From the NCBI GenBank assembly GCA_016929295.1, contig JAFGJB010000008.1, positions 12,917 through 76,916 of the forward strand: 64,000 nt of DNA, written 5' to 3'. Position 1 is the stretch's first letter. Each line of letters begins with the position of its first letter. The stretch is from Candidatus Zhuqueibacterota bacterium. Its GTDB lineage: Bacteria > Zhuqueibacterota > Zhuqueibacteria > Residuimicrobiales > Krinioviventaceae. Shown one piece after another: positions 8,696-19,800 of this stretch. The position numbers and the translations under genes are program-made. Below the pieces are notes generated by a model. That model was not told the origin of the DNA. It made no database searches and saw nothing but the letters and a program-made list of their open reading frames with translations.

Positions 8696-10888
8696 GTGAT
8701 GTTCAACGCACTATTTTGGATTGTGCCAGTTGCCTCCGTACTCGCGCTCATATTCGCCTGGTACTTTTTCAAGAAAATGAAAGGAGAGAGCGAAGGGACG
8801 GAACGCATGGCCGAAATCGCACAGCACGTTCGTGTTGGCGCCATGGCCTATTTGCGACAACAATACAAAGTTGTCACTATCATTTTTATCATCTTGACCG
8901 CACTGTTTGCTTTGATGGCAGTAGCCGGCTTTCAGAATGGCTGGGTCTGGTTTGCCTTCCTGACCGGAGGTGTCTTTTCGGGTTTGGCCGGCTTCTTTGG
9001 CATGAAAACCGCTACCTATGCCGGTGCGCGCACAGCCAATGCTGCGCGTGATTCCCTCAACCGCGGGCTGCAGGTGGCGTTTCGCTCCGGCGCGGTCATG
9101 GGACTTGTGGTTGTCGGTCTGGCTCTCCTCGACATTTCTCTCTGGTTCATCGTCTTAAACTTTGCTATTCCCGAAGCCGAGGCGGGTCACAAACTTGTCG
9201 TGATCACAACGACCATGCTGACCTTCGGAATGGGAGCTTCGACGCAGGCGCTGTTCGCGCGCGTGGGCGGCGGCATATACACCAAGGCGGCGGATGTTGG
9301 TGCTGATCTTGTCGGCAAAGTTGAGGCCGGCATCCCGGAAGACGATCCGCGCAATCCCGCCACCATCGCGGATAACGTCGGCGATAACGTCGGTGACGTA
9401 GCCGGTATGGGCGCTGACCTCTATGAATCATATGCCGGCTCCATTCTGGCGACGGCGGCACTTGGCGCTGCTGCCTTTATGCACGAGGGATCGCTGCAGC
9501 TGAAAGCCATCCTGGCGCCCATGTTGATCGCGGCTGTCGGCACCCTGCTCTCCATCGTTGGCATTTTCGCTGTGCGCACCAAAGAAGACGCGTCGCAGAA
9601 GCAACTCCTCAGCGCTCTGGGCAGAGGAGTGAACTTGTCCTCCGTATTGATTGTCATCCTTTCCTGGATCATCCTCAAAGCACTCGGCCTGCCGAATGTC
9701 TGGGGCGTCTGGGGTTCCATCGTAATCGGTTTGATCACCGGCTGGTTTATCGGCAAGGAAACCGAATACTTTACGTCGGCAGCTTATAAACCGACAAGAA
9801 AAATCGCCAACAGCGCCTTGACCGGGCCGGCTACTGTCATCATCACCGGTATCGGCACGGGTATGTATTCTACCGCTTTCCCTGTTTTGACGATCGTTGT
9901 CGGCACCATTTTCGCCTACCTGACATCTGCCGGTTTCGACATGCTGAATTATTCCAATGGCTTGTACGGCATTGGCATCGCGGCTGTCGGCATGCTTTCC
10001 ACGCTTGGCATCACCCTGGCGACAGATGCCTATGGTCCCATTGCGGATAATGCCGGCGGCAACGCCGAAATGTCCGGACTGGGTGCTGAAGTCCGTAAAC
10101 GCACGGATGCGCTCGACTCGCTCGGCAACACCACCGCTGCTACTGGAAAAGGATTTGCGATTGGCTCCGCCGCGTTGACAGCGCTTGCTCTTCTTGCTTC
10201 TTATGTCGAAGAGTTGAAAATCGGCATGCTTCGTTTGCCGGAAAAGGCAGCCGCTTTCACCAACGCCATGGGTATTGACGTGTCTAAAGCGCAGATACCC
10301 GATTTCATGGAATATTTCAACGTCACCTTGATGAATCCCAAAGTCCTGCTCGGCATGTTCATCGGTTCTATGATGGCATTCGTGTTTTGCGGTCTCACCA
10401 TGCAGGCGGTCGGTCGCGCGGCGCAGTCCATGGTTGAAGAGGTCCGCCGCCAGTTCCGCGAAATCAAAGGCATCATGGAAGGTGAGACGACGCCGGATTA
10501 CGCCTCCTGTGTGGCGATCTCGACAAAAGGTGCTCAACGTGAGATGATGGTGCCATCGCTATTGGCTATTGCCGCGCCGATTGTCATCGGTTTGATCTTT
10601 GGAGCGGCCGGCGTCATGGGCCTGCTGACCGGCGGTCTGGCTTCCGGCTTTGTGCTTGCGGTCTTTATGGCCAATGCAGGCGGCTCATGGGACAATGCGA
10701 AGAAATATATCGAAGAGGGCGCCCATGGCGGCAAAGGTTCCGCCGCTCATAAGGCGGCGGTGACCGGTGATACGGTCGGCGATCCTTTTAAAGACACGTC
10801 CGGTCCAAGCTTGAACATCCTCATCAAATTGATGAGCATGGTCGCCATTGTCATGGCCGGCCTGACCGTGGCCTGGTCGCTGCTGTAA
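8696..10888 (+). CDS. hppA: K+-dependent membrane pyrophosphatase, Na+/H+-PPase type
   Basis: [30 protein letters not shown] (Ala variant = K+-dependent), [10 protein letters not shown]. Confidence 0.96.
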   Translation: MMFNALFWIVPVASVLALIFAWYFFKKMKGESEGTERMAEIAQHVRVGAMAYLRQQYKVVTIIFIILTALFALMAVAGFQNGWVWFAFLTGGVFSGLAGFFGMKTATYAGARTANAARDSLNRGLQVAFRSGAVMGLVVVGLALLDISLWFIVLNFAIPEAEAGHKLVVITTTMLTFGMGASTQALFARVGGGIYTKAADVGADLVGKVEAGIPEDDPRNPATIADNVGDNVGDVAGMGADLYESYAGSILATAALGAAAFMHEGSLQLKAILAPMLIAAVGTLLSIVGIFAVRTKEDASQKQLLSALGRGVNLSSVLIVILSWIILKALGLPNVWGVWGSIVIGLITGWFIGKETEYFTSAAYKPTRKIANSALTGPATVIITGIGTGMYSTAFPVLTIVVGTIFAYLTSAGFDMLNYSNGLYGIGIAAVGMLSTLGITLATDAYGPIADNAGGNAEMSGLGAEVRKRTDALDSLGNTTAATGKGFAIGSAALTALALLASYVEELKIGMLRLPEKAAAFTNAMGIDVSKAQIPDFMEYFNVTLMNPKVLLGMFIGSMMAFVFCGLTMQAVGRAAQSMVEEVRRQFREIKGIMEGETTPDYASCVAISTKGAQREMMVPSLLAIAAPIVIGLIFGAAGVMGLLTGGLASGFVLAVFMANAGGSWDNAKKYIEEGAHGGKGSAAHKAAVTGDTVGDPFKDTSGPSLNILIKLMSMVAIVMAGLTVAWSLL

Positions 10889-10908
10889 ATAGAGTATTGG
10901 ATGACGTG

Positions 10909-10942
10909 AAGGGCGATCTGTTTTCCGGTCGCCCTTTTTTGT
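10909..10942 (+). terminator. Intrinsic terminator after hppA
   Basis: aagggcga...tcgccctt stem followed by T-run. Confidence 0.8.
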
Positions 10943-11000
10943 TCATGTCATCTTTTTCGTAAAGATCATGGAAAGAGGCGACACTTTTTGAGGTGATGCA

Positions 11001-12146
11001 ATGGAAATGTTATCAAAAAAAGAGCTCATTCAACTTGTCAAAGTGGTCTTTCCGCCGCTGCCGCAGGATGAAAAATTGGCCATACTTGTCGATGTTCCCC
11101 GTTGCAAGTCCGATGACAATCCGAGCTGGGCAGCCCGTCGAGGGCTGGCGCACCAATGGTTTCGCCTGCTGCGCGGCGGGCTTGACGAGCTTGGACTGTC
11201 GGACGTCCTTCTTTTCGCCTATGCGAGCGTCGATTCGAACAATGCCGATCTTCCTGACGTCGGATATGCGCTCTCGACGCTGGTCCCCGAGGTGAGCTCA
11301 AAGCTGTCCGGGACGAAAATGGCTTTTGCCGAGGTTTTCGCCTCATGCCAGCTTTTTCTCGCGCCGACGCAATACTCCACCACCGCGCCGCTGAAAGTCA
11401 ATGCGCGGAAATACGGTTTTCGCGCCGCCACTATGCCGGGCTTTGCGCCGGATATGATTCCGGCGTTGCGCATCGACTATGATTTGGTGAATGAACGCTG
11501 CGAAAGCATCAAACGTAGACTAGATGCGGCCGTCGGCGCCGATGTTCTCTTTCGCGCTGATGACCAGGACTATAAGGTCTATTTTGACTTGCGCTTCAGG
11601 CAGGGACATGCCAGCGGCGGCCGTTTCCCCGCTCCGGGCACCGCCGGGAATCTTCCGAGCGGAGAAAGCTATATCGTGCCCTACGAGGGGGAAAAAGGCG
11701 AGCCAAGCCAAACGCAGGGTGTGTTGCCGGTGCAGTTTGGTGATGAAATCGTGCTGTTCAAAATTGAGGCGAATCGCGCTGTTGCTGTGCTGACGACCGG
11801 GACACAGAGCCGGCAGCAGGCGGACTATCTCAAGCGCGAACCGGCCTATGGCAATATGGCGGAGCTTGGCTTTGGCGTTTTAGGCGATTTCGGATTGCGG
11901 CCTATAGGCGAAATTTTGCTGGACGAAAAACTCGCCTTTCATATCGCCTTCGGCCGCAGCGATCACTTTGGCGGCGACACCGGTCCCGCGCAATTCTCGT
12001 CGCCGCACGCGGTCGTCCATATTGATTATATCTATTCGCCAATGACGCAGCCCGGAATTAGTCTATTGAAGCTCGATCTGATCAACGGCGATGGCATAAA
12101 AGAGGCGATCATTGAGAACGACACCTATCTCATTTTCCAGGCATAA
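11001..12146 (+). CDS. M29/AmpS-like metalloaminopeptidase
   Basis: GNLPSGE, AELGFG, LDEK...HIAFG and HID metal-ligand motifs. Confidence 0.75.
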   Translation: MEMLSKKELIQLVKVVFPPLPQDEKLAILVDVPRCKSDDNPSWAARRGLAHQWFRLLRGGLDELGLSDVLLFAYASVDSNNADLPDVGYALSTLVPEVSSKLSGTKMAFAEVFASCQLFLAPTQYSTTAPLKVNARKYGFRAATMPGFAPDMIPALRIDYDLVNERCESIKRRLDAAVGADVLFRADDQDYKVYFDLRFRQGHASGGRFPAPGTAGNLPSGESYIVPYEGEKGEPSQTQGVLPVQFGDEIVLFKIEANRAVAVLTTGTQSRQQADYLKREPAYGNMAELGFGVLGDFGLRPIGEILLDEKLAFHIAFGRSDHFGGDTGPAQFSSPHAVVHIDYIYSPMTQPGISLLKLDLINGDGIKEAIIENDTYLIFQA

Positions 12147-12177
12147 AACAACCTGTGTGCCAGCCAGATTTTTTTGC

Positions 12178-12206
12178 TTGATTTTTAGACAATATTGCTT
12201 TACTTT
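12178..12206 (+). promoter_or_regulatory. Sigma70-type promoter
   Basis: TTGATT (12178-83), 17 bp, TACTTT (12201-06). Confidence 0.5.
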
Positions 12207-12330
12207 ACCAAGCTTTGAGTGGTAATAGGATAATCAAAGATAATCTGAAAAGGCGAGGGTGAGCGGTTTATACGACAAGAATTACCATGATGACAAAGGA
12301 CGAGAGCCTTCAGCTACTTTACATCACTTG

Positions 12331-12360
12331 AGTGCATTCAGAATTGAGTGCACTTTTTTT
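12331..12360 (+). terminator. Intrinsic terminator just upstream of the zinc-ribbon gene
   Basis: agtgcattca-gaat-tgagtgcact 10-bp stem (one G-U) ending in a T-run. Confidence 0.7.
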
Positions 12361-12397
12361 GTCTGCAGATGGGATTCAATCACAAGGAGATGCCCTG

Positions 12398-13129
12398 TTG
12401 CATAAAGTCCTGGAAACTCTGATCGATCTACAAGACGTTGACACCCGACTCCAACGCCTTGAAGCTGCCAAGGGTGACCTGCCACAAAGAGTGCAGAACG
12501 TGAGCGCCCAGGTTGAAGAAACAAAAACAATACTCGAGCAAAAAATGGCCGAGAAGGAAACTATATCATCTGAACAAAAGACCATCCATACGGATGTCGA
12601 GGAACTAAAGCAAAAGCTGAAAAAATATAAAGTCCAGCTGTACGAGGTGAAAACCAATAAAGAATATGATGCCATCACTCTCGAAATCGAGACAAGTGAA
12701 CAAAAGATCGACGAACAGGAGTACCGGAACCTGGAGCTTGAAGAAGCGTCGGCGAAGCTGGATGAAGTGATCGCATCCCTGCAAGAAAAAATTGTCGATC
12801 TGAGCGAGTTGCTCATTGACTATAGAAAAGACCTCGAGGCAAAACTCGCGGCGACGAAAACAGAAGAGGAAGCCTTGCGATCTCGAAGAGCGGAGATGGT
12901 GCAAAATCTGACAAAACCGATACTGTCGGCCTACGAGAGAATTCGGCAGGGTCGAGGGGGCGTCGCAGTGGCTAAATTGATCAATGGAGCGTGCAGTGAG
13001 TGCTCCAGTCGTATTCCACCGCAACGCGCTCTGGAAATACGAATGATGGACAGAATGTATCTCTGTGAAGTATGCGGGCGAATCGTCGTGTGGACACAGG
13101 ACTATCAACCTGTTGAAAATGCAAAATAG
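12398..13129 (+). CDS. Coiled-coil C4 zinc-ribbon protein (DUF164 / CT398 / HP0958 family)
   Basis: Long coiled coil, KTNKEYDA, YERIR, CSEC...CEVCGRI. AAGGAG RBS precedes TTG 12398. Confidence 0.88.
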   Translation: MHKVLETLIDLQDVDTRLQRLEAAKGDLPQRVQNVSAQVEETKTILEQKMAEKETISSEQKTIHTDVEELKQKLKKYKVQLYEVKTNKEYDAITLEIETSEQKIDEQEYRNLELEEASAKLDEVIASLQEKIVDLSELLIDYRKDLEAKLAATKTEEEALRSRRAEMVQNLTKPILSAYERIRQGRGGVAVAKLINGACSECSSRIPPQRALEIRMMDRMYLCEVCGRIVVWTQDYQPVENAK

Positions 13130-13159
13130 GCTCGCATTTTACGCTGTAAATAGTATACC

Positions 13160-13543
13160 AAAGCAGGTCAGGCGATCGCGTTCTGCCTCGTCATACGAGG
13201 CGGGATGAGGAAAGTCCGAACTCCGCAGGGCAAGATGATCCGTAACGCGGATCCCGGGTGACCGGGGGAAAGTGCCACAGAAAATACACAGTCCTTTCCC
13301 GCATGGCGGGAGGGGATAAAGGTGAAATGGCGAGGTAAGAGCTCACCGCTTCAATGGTGACATTGGAGGCAGGGTAAACCCCATCTGGAGCAAGACCAAA
13401 TAGGCGGAAAGAGGCGGCCCGTCTCGACCGATCCGCGGGTAGGTTGCTTGAGGTGCCGGGCAATCGGCATCCTAGATAAATGATCGCCGTTCCGTCACGC
13501 GCTGCGGGATGGGATGACAGAATTCGGCTTATCGACCTGCTTT
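13160..13543 (+). ncRNA. rnpB: RNase P RNA (class A)
   Basis: GAGGAAAGTCCGAACTCC, AGTGCCACAGAAA, GGTAAACCCC, ACAGAATTCGGCTTAT. P1 helix accaaagcaggtc (13157-69) pairs with gacctgctttggt (13534-46). Confidence 0.97.
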
Positions 13544-13591
13544 GGTTATTTTTGATATTCAAATTGCCGACAGTCGGGAGCGCACAATAAT

Positions 13592-15292
13592 ATGGATTTG
13601 AAATGGGTCATCGAAGATGACTTTGACAAGGAGGATGTCTATCGACTCGCGGCCGAGCTGAATGTGCCCGCTATCATTGCGCAGATATTGCAGCGGCGTG
13701 GCATCAAAGACAAGGATGCCGCGAGGAAATTTTTTCATCCGGCTTTGGATCAGTTGTACAATCCATTTTTGCTCAGGGATATGGATAAAGCTGTCGACCG
13801 TTTACGTCGCGCCCTGCTCAGTGATGAAAAGATATTAATCTATGGCGACTATGATGTGGATGGCATCACATCCGTTTCATTTTTATATTTATTATTGAAA
13901 GAGCTCGGCGCGCACGTCACCTACTATATCCCAAATCGCCAGGCAGAAGGCTATGGATTGTCCGATCAGGGCATTGAAGAAGCGAAAAAACGCCAGGTTG
14001 ATTTGATTGTGACCGTCGATTGCGGCATCACCGGGCATGCCGAGATCCAGATGGCGCAAACAGCGGGCATCGATGTCATTGTGACCGATCATCACGAGCC
14101 CGGGCCGACCCTCCCCACCGCCGTCGCGGTGGTGGATCCCAAACGTCGAGATTGTGAATATCCTTTCAAGCAACTCGCCGGCGTCGGCGTCGCCTACAAG
14201 CTTGCCCAGGGATTGATGCAGAGGATGGGGATTGACACTTCAATCCTTGAAAATTTCATCGAATTGGTGGCCATCGGCACCTCTGCCGATATCGTACCCA
14301 TCATTGATGAAAATCGAATTTTCGTCAAGACCGGGCTCACAGCGCTGAATAACAGCGAAAACGTCGGCCTCAAGGCGCTCATTCGCGCGGCCGGACAGCA
14401 GGGGCGCGAAATCGGCACCGGGCAGATTGTATTCATCATCGCGCCGCGCATAAATGCCGTGGGACGAATGGGTGATGCGCAGCGGGCTGTCGAATTGCTG
14501 ACGACTAGAGATGAATGTGAAGCGGAACGCATCGCCGGCATCCTGGAACGGGAAAATCAGCACCGAAAAAATGTTGATGAAGAAGCATTCAACGAGGCCA
14601 TTCAACAAACTGAACAACGCTTTGCGGATAACAGCAAGGCAAGTTCTATCATTTTGCATAAAGAGGGCTGGCATACCGGCGTCATCGGGATTGTCGCCTC
14701 TCGCGTCGTTGAAAAATATTACCGGCCCACGATCCTCATCTCTGTTGACGACGGCATTGGCAAGGGATCGGCTCGAAGTGTGCCAGGTTTTGATCTCTAT
14801 GAATCTCTCAAACAGTGCGAAGATCTGTTCATCGGTTTTGGCGGCCACAAATATGCCGCCGGTCTGACAATCGCGGAAGAAAATATCGAGACCTTTAAAC
14901 AACGCTTCGAGGCCATCGCTGAACACGATCTGACGCAAGAGCATCTGGTTCCCAAACTGTATATTGAGGCGCAGATAAGACTCGGAGAAATTGATGAAAA
15001 ATTTATAAAGTTGCTCAAAATGTTCGCGCCATTTGGACCGCAAAATATGCGCCCGGTCTTTGTGTCGCGAAATCTGCAAATCGTCGGCTCTCCGACAGTC
15101 GTGGGCAAGAACCATTTAAAATTCAAAGTGCGACAGGACGATAAGGTCTATGACGTCATTGCTTTCAATATGGGCGAACTTTTATATCGCCTCACACCGG
15201 GAGAGTCCAACCTCGATATGGCGTATGTCATAGAGGAAAATGTTTTCATGGGGCGCCGCTCCATTCAACTGCGAGCGAAGGACATAAGATAG
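13592..15292 (+). CDS. recJ: Single-stranded-DNA exonuclease RecJ
   Basis: YGDYDVDG, TVDCG, TDHH, APRINAVGRM, GSARS, GGHKYAAG. Confidence 0.97.
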   Translation: MDLKWVIEDDFDKEDVYRLAAELNVPAIIAQILQRRGIKDKDAARKFFHPALDQLYNPFLLRDMDKAVDRLRRALLSDEKILIYGDYDVDGITSVSFLYLLLKELGAHVTYYIPNRQAEGYGLSDQGIEEAKKRQVDLIVTVDCGITGHAEIQMAQTAGIDVIVTDHHEPGPTLPTAVAVVDPKRRDCEYPFKQLAGVGVAYKLAQGLMQRMGIDTSILENFIELVAIGTSADIVPIIDENRIFVKTGLTALNNSENVGLKALIRAAGQQGREIGTGQIVFIIAPRINAVGRMGDAQRAVELLTTRDECEAERIAGILERENQHRKNVDEEAFNEAIQQTEQRFADNSKASSIILHKEGWHTGVIGIVASRVVEKYYRPTILISVDDGIGKGSARSVPGFDLYESLKQCEDLFIGFGGHKYAAGLTIAEENIETFKQRFEAIAEHDLTQEHLVPKLYIEAQIRLGEIDEKFIKLLKMFAPFGPQNMRPVFVSRNLQIVGSPTVVGKNHLKFKVRQDDKVYDVIAFNMGELLYRLTPGESNLDMAYVIEENVFMGRRSIQLRAKDIR

Positions 15293-15320
15293 GTAATAGC
15301 TGACCTTTAGAGGAGAAATT

Positions 15321-16247
15321 ATGGATCCACGCGACGAACAAGGTAAAATATGGATGAACGGCCAGTTCATCGAATGGAAGGATGCGACCATCCACGTGAT
15401 GTCTCATGTGGTTCACTACGGAACGAGCGTTTTTGAAGGCATGCGTTGCTACAAGACGCCGCTCGGCCCCAGCATTTTCAGACTGGCTGATCATATAAGA
15501 CGTCTGTTTGATTCGGCCAAAATCTATCGCATGCCGATTCCCTATTCGCAAAGTGAGATCGTGGCCGCATGCAAGGAGACGATAAAGATAAACGGCTTTG
15601 CATCCGCCTATGTGCGCCCAATTGTGTTTCGAGGCTACAATTCTCTGGGCGTTGACCCCTCCAAATGTCCCGTTCAAGTCGTCATCGGCGCCTTAAACTG
15701 GGGTAAATATCTTGGTGATGAAGGTGTAACCAATGGTGTAGATGTTCGAGTCTCTTCGTGGAATCGGATGGCGCCCAATACCATGCCGACACTCGCGAAA
15801 GCGGGCTCAAATTACATGAGTTCTCAACTCATCAAGATGGAAGCTTTGGCGGAAAAGTATGCGGAAGGCATTGGCCTCGATATCGATGGCTTTGTCAGCG
15901 AGGGAAGTGGCGAAAATATATTTCTCGTTCGGGACGGCGTCATTTTTACGCCAACAGTGGATTCCGGCATTTTGCCCGGACTGACGCGCAATTGCGTTCT
16001 GATGATCGCGAAAGAGCTGGGCGTCACCGTCATTGAACAAAAGATTCAGCGCGAGATGCTTTACATTGCCGATGAAATTTTCCTCACCGGCTCGGCAGCG
16101 GAGGTGACTCCCGTGAAAAGTGTTGATCGGATACCGATCGGCGCCGGCTCACGTGGACCACTGACCGAACGAATTCAGAGTCGCTATTTTGAGTACGTCC
16201 ATGGCGAGTGCGAAGATATTTACGGTTGGCATGACTATATAAATTGA
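15321..16247 (+). CDS. ilvE: Branched-chain amino acid aminotransferase
   Basis: HYGTSVFEG, AKAGSNY, EGSGENIF, ILPGLTR. Confidence 0.96.
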   Translation: MDPRDEQGKIWMNGQFIEWKDATIHVMSHVVHYGTSVFEGMRCYKTPLGPSIFRLADHIRRLFDSAKIYRMPIPYSQSEIVAACKETIKINGFASAYVRPIVFRGYNSLGVDPSKCPVQVVIGALNWGKYLGDEGVTNGVDVRVSSWNRMAPNTMPTLAKAGSNYMSSQLIKMEALAEKYAEGIGLDIDGFVSEGSGENIFLVRDGVIFTPTVDSGILPGLTRNCVLMIAKELGVTVIEQKIQREMLYIADEIFLTGSAAEVTPVKSVDRIPIGAGSRGPLTERIQSRYFEYVHGECEDIYGWHDYIN

Positions 16248-16248
16248 C

Positions 16249-16725
16249 ATGTTTAATGAAGACTTGCAGTTCATCCCGCCGCAAACAAGACGCGACGCGC
16301 GGGAGACAGCATTACAGATTCTCTATGCAATTGAACTTTCCAGGAATTCAATGTCCACGGTTTTTCAGGACTTGATGCCAGAAGGTGAATCGGCGACGCC
16401 AGCCCTCCATTTTGCAAAAAGGATTGTCGAAAGAACATACGAAGGGCGAGACGATCTTGATGGCTATATTCGTCGCTATTCAACAAACTGGAAGTTCGAG
16501 AGAATCGCCATGCTTGATTTGATCATCCTGAGAATTGCTATTTGCGAGTTCATGCATTTTGTTGATGTGCCGCCCAAAGTGACCATCGATGAGGCAATTG
16601 AGCTGGCAAAACGTTTTAGTACATACAAGAGCAGCGGCTTCATCAATGGCATCCTGGATGCCGTTCTTTTGGAACTTAAAGAGAAGAATATCGTCGTCAA
16701 AAAGGGACGAGGCATGCAGGACTGA
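16249..16725 (+). CDS. nusB: Transcription antitermination factor NusB
   Basis: RRDARETALQILY, DEAIELAK, FINGILD. Confidence 0.95.
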   Translation: MFNEDLQFIPPQTRRDARETALQILYAIELSRNSMSTVFQDLMPEGESATPALHFAKRIVERTYEGRDDLDGYIRRYSTNWKFERIAMLDLIILRIAICEFMHFVDVPPKVTIDEAIELAKRFSTYKSSGFINGILDAVLLELKEKNIVVKKGRGMQD

Positions 16726-16744
16726 GATGAAATCGTGATGTGAA

Positions 16745-16775
16745 ATGCCGCTCCTGTATGAGCGGCATCTTTTTT
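16745..16775 (+). terminator. Intrinsic terminator after nusB
   Basis: atgccgctc-ctgtat-gagcggcat followed by cT6. Confidence 0.75.
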
Positions 16776-16875
16776 GGCCATCACAAAACTGCGGATGAGG
16801 GGAAACAATTCAGTTGATAGAGTGTTAAGATTGTTAGAGTTCTGGTGTGCGTAAAGGAATATGAAGGACTGTTAA

Positions 16876-19800
16876 ATGCTGGCAAAAGTTGAAAAAGTCT
16901 TGTCAAAAATAATGGGTGGATCGAGTAATGAACGCGAACTGAAGCGCCTGCAGCCGATCGTCGACGAGATCAACCAAATCGCTGCTGATTACGCGAAACT
17001 GACAGATGACGAGCTGAAAGCCAAAACGAACGAATTCCGCTATCGCCTTCTCATGGGAGAGACGCTGGATGATTTGCTGCCGGAAGCTTTTGCCGCGGTG
17101 AAGGATACGTGTCGGCGTCTGTGCGGCAAAAAATGGCTGGTGCGCGGTCAGGAAACAGACTGGAATATGATTCCATATGACGTTCAGCTGATCGGCGGCG
17201 TAGCGCTGCATGAAGGGAAAATCACGGAAATGGCAACGGGCGAAGGGAAGACGCTCGTCGCAACCATGCCTCTCTATCTGAATGCCCTGGCAGGCAAGGG
17301 CGCACATCTCATCACCGTGAACGATTATCTTGCTCAACGTGACTGCGAATGGATGGGCGAGATCTATAAATTTTTGGGGCTCTCGGTAGCCGCCATTTTT
17401 GGTCAGCAAGAGCCTGAGGAACGCAAGCGCGCCTACCAGGCCGATATTACTTATGGCACCAACAACGAGTTCGGATTTGATTATCTGCGCGATAATATGA
17501 CCGCGGATGTGTGGTCCGTGGTTCAACGTCCCCTGCACTTTGCTATTGTCGATGAGGTCGATAGTGTGCTCATTGATGAAGCCCGGACGCCTCTCATCAT
17601 CTCGGGCTCTGTCGGTGCACCACGGAATATCTATAATGAATTGAAACCCATCGTTGAAAATCTCTACAAAAAGCAGCAAGAGCTGGTCGTCCGCCTGATC
17701 AAAGAGGGTAAGGAACGACTCGAGCAGGACGAGGAGCAAGGGGGCCTGATGATACTGCGCGCACAGCGCGGGGATCCGAAAAATAGCCAGCTGCTGGAAT
17801 TGTTGACCTCTGAATTCTGGGTGAAAAAACTGATTGAAAGAATTCAAGGACAGTACGAGGTCAATAAGGATATGGCCACTGTCGACCAGGAACTCTATTA
17901 CACGATCGATGAAAAAAGCCATGTCGTCGATATAACCGAAAAAGGGCGCATATTTTTATCAGGCGGCCGCGATCAGGATGTCGCATTTAAAATTCAGCAA
18001 CTGGATGATCTGGACGAAATACTGTCGCGTCTCAGCGAGAGCAAGCAAAAATCACTCTACTTCACCCAGGATCCGGTGTCCGGCCGCTGCAACGGCCTCA
18101 GTTTTGCAGGTAAATTGGCGTTGAATAATGTTGCCGGCGACATAAATGAGCGCGACCGGGCTGCACTTGACGAGTTCGATGCCAGACTGCGACAGTTGCC
18201 CGATGTTGTGGAGAGAACCTCGCAGGAAAACAGGAGCGATCGAACATCAGCATGGCGGGCATTTTTCAGGATTGCCAAAAAAATGGAAAAGGCTGTCAAT
18301 GGCCTGACCGAGGAGGGAAAATCCTATCTGGCCAACGGACAAGATGGCGCCATGGCCAAACTGAGCGATTCTTTCGACAGACTTTTATCGACCATTTGCG
18401 CACAGGCGGATGTTGACAGCGGTCTGACGTTCCCGCGGCATCAACAAGAACGCCGGCGACTGCTGCAGGAGACTTTTTTTGAACTGGACAGACAACTGGG
18501 CATTCCTGTTGGTTTGACCGAGCAGGGTCGCATTGCCTTATTGGCCGACATGCTGGGAGGGGATCCATTGCGTGTACCGCTGATCTTTCAGCTTGACAAC
18601 ATGCTGCAGCTCGATGATGTCGATGACAAGATGCAGGATTATTTTGAATATTCCGATGACGGCACAGTGGTCAGACATATCGCGGAGAAAGGACGCATTG
18701 CGCTGCTCGGCGGTAACCCGGATACCTATGTTTTGCCGGATCGCAGCATCGTTGAGGAGCGGGACAGACAAATACAGCAGCTCTTGGACAGAACGATCAA
18801 TCAAACTTCCTACGATTATGCCGCACGAGTCATCGCCGTCGAACGCCTTGATCGCGACATGCGGGCTATTCATGATCTGCATGCGGCGGATGTGGAAAAA
18901 GCATCGCCTTTTTATATCATATCAAAATCAGAAGAGCGCCCGCGCATCCGTTTGACCGAAATGGGCCGCGCCTTTCTGTCCGATTTTGCAGCGCAAACCA
19001 CGGAGCTGGTGCTGCAGTTTGACAAACTTGTCCGCGACAATAAAAATCGCCTCGACGATATTTTCCAGGTGCAGAACAATAAAATTGTCGGCCTCAATTC
19101 GGCAGTGCTCGATCGTCTTCTCGGTCGATCTTTCAATGATCTGCAGCAAGCCATACGCGAATGGCACGCGCTGCATAAGGCGGGTGCTACTGATTCCAGC
19201 ATCAGCCTGCGTCTGGAATTGGACAAGTATCTCGGCAGCGACCAGGATGCCCGCAGCCTGTCGCGCACCTTCGAAGAGATCGAGCGCATTGCCCATGTCT
19301 ACAGTAACATTTTCGCCGTCATGCAGCGGCCAGATGTGAGCGACTCTGAAAAACGCCGCATTCTCGGTCGCTATTTTGAGTTTAACGGTGATCCAAAGGC
19401 TCCTTTCACGCAGGTGGATAATTTGCCGCTTGTCGGTCTGTCGGATGCCGGTATCGAACGCCTGGCAGGTGATGCCACGGCGCGGGCGCGCATATTTGAC
19501 AATCTGCAGGGGCTCGTCGATGATCTTGATGTTGATTCCGACGCAGTGTTTGAACTGTCAGAAGATGGTCATCCCGTGGGACTGAAAAAGTCTTCGTGGT
19601 CGCGACTTGTTGATGGTTTGCCATTTTTTAGCTACAGCGACGGACTGCGAAAATTTCGCGATGAGATCATGCATCTCTCTAATAAAAAGGTCAATTCCAG
19701 TTCTGAACTGGCGAGTCTGCTGCCAAAAGAAAAAACGCATCTACGGGCGAAAAAGCTCATGTTTGATGAACGTGAGCTGAATGAGTTGATTTCCATCGCC

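Noticed and set aside
13191..13562. 123-aa minus-strand ORF
   Set aside because: Antisense shadow of rnpB.
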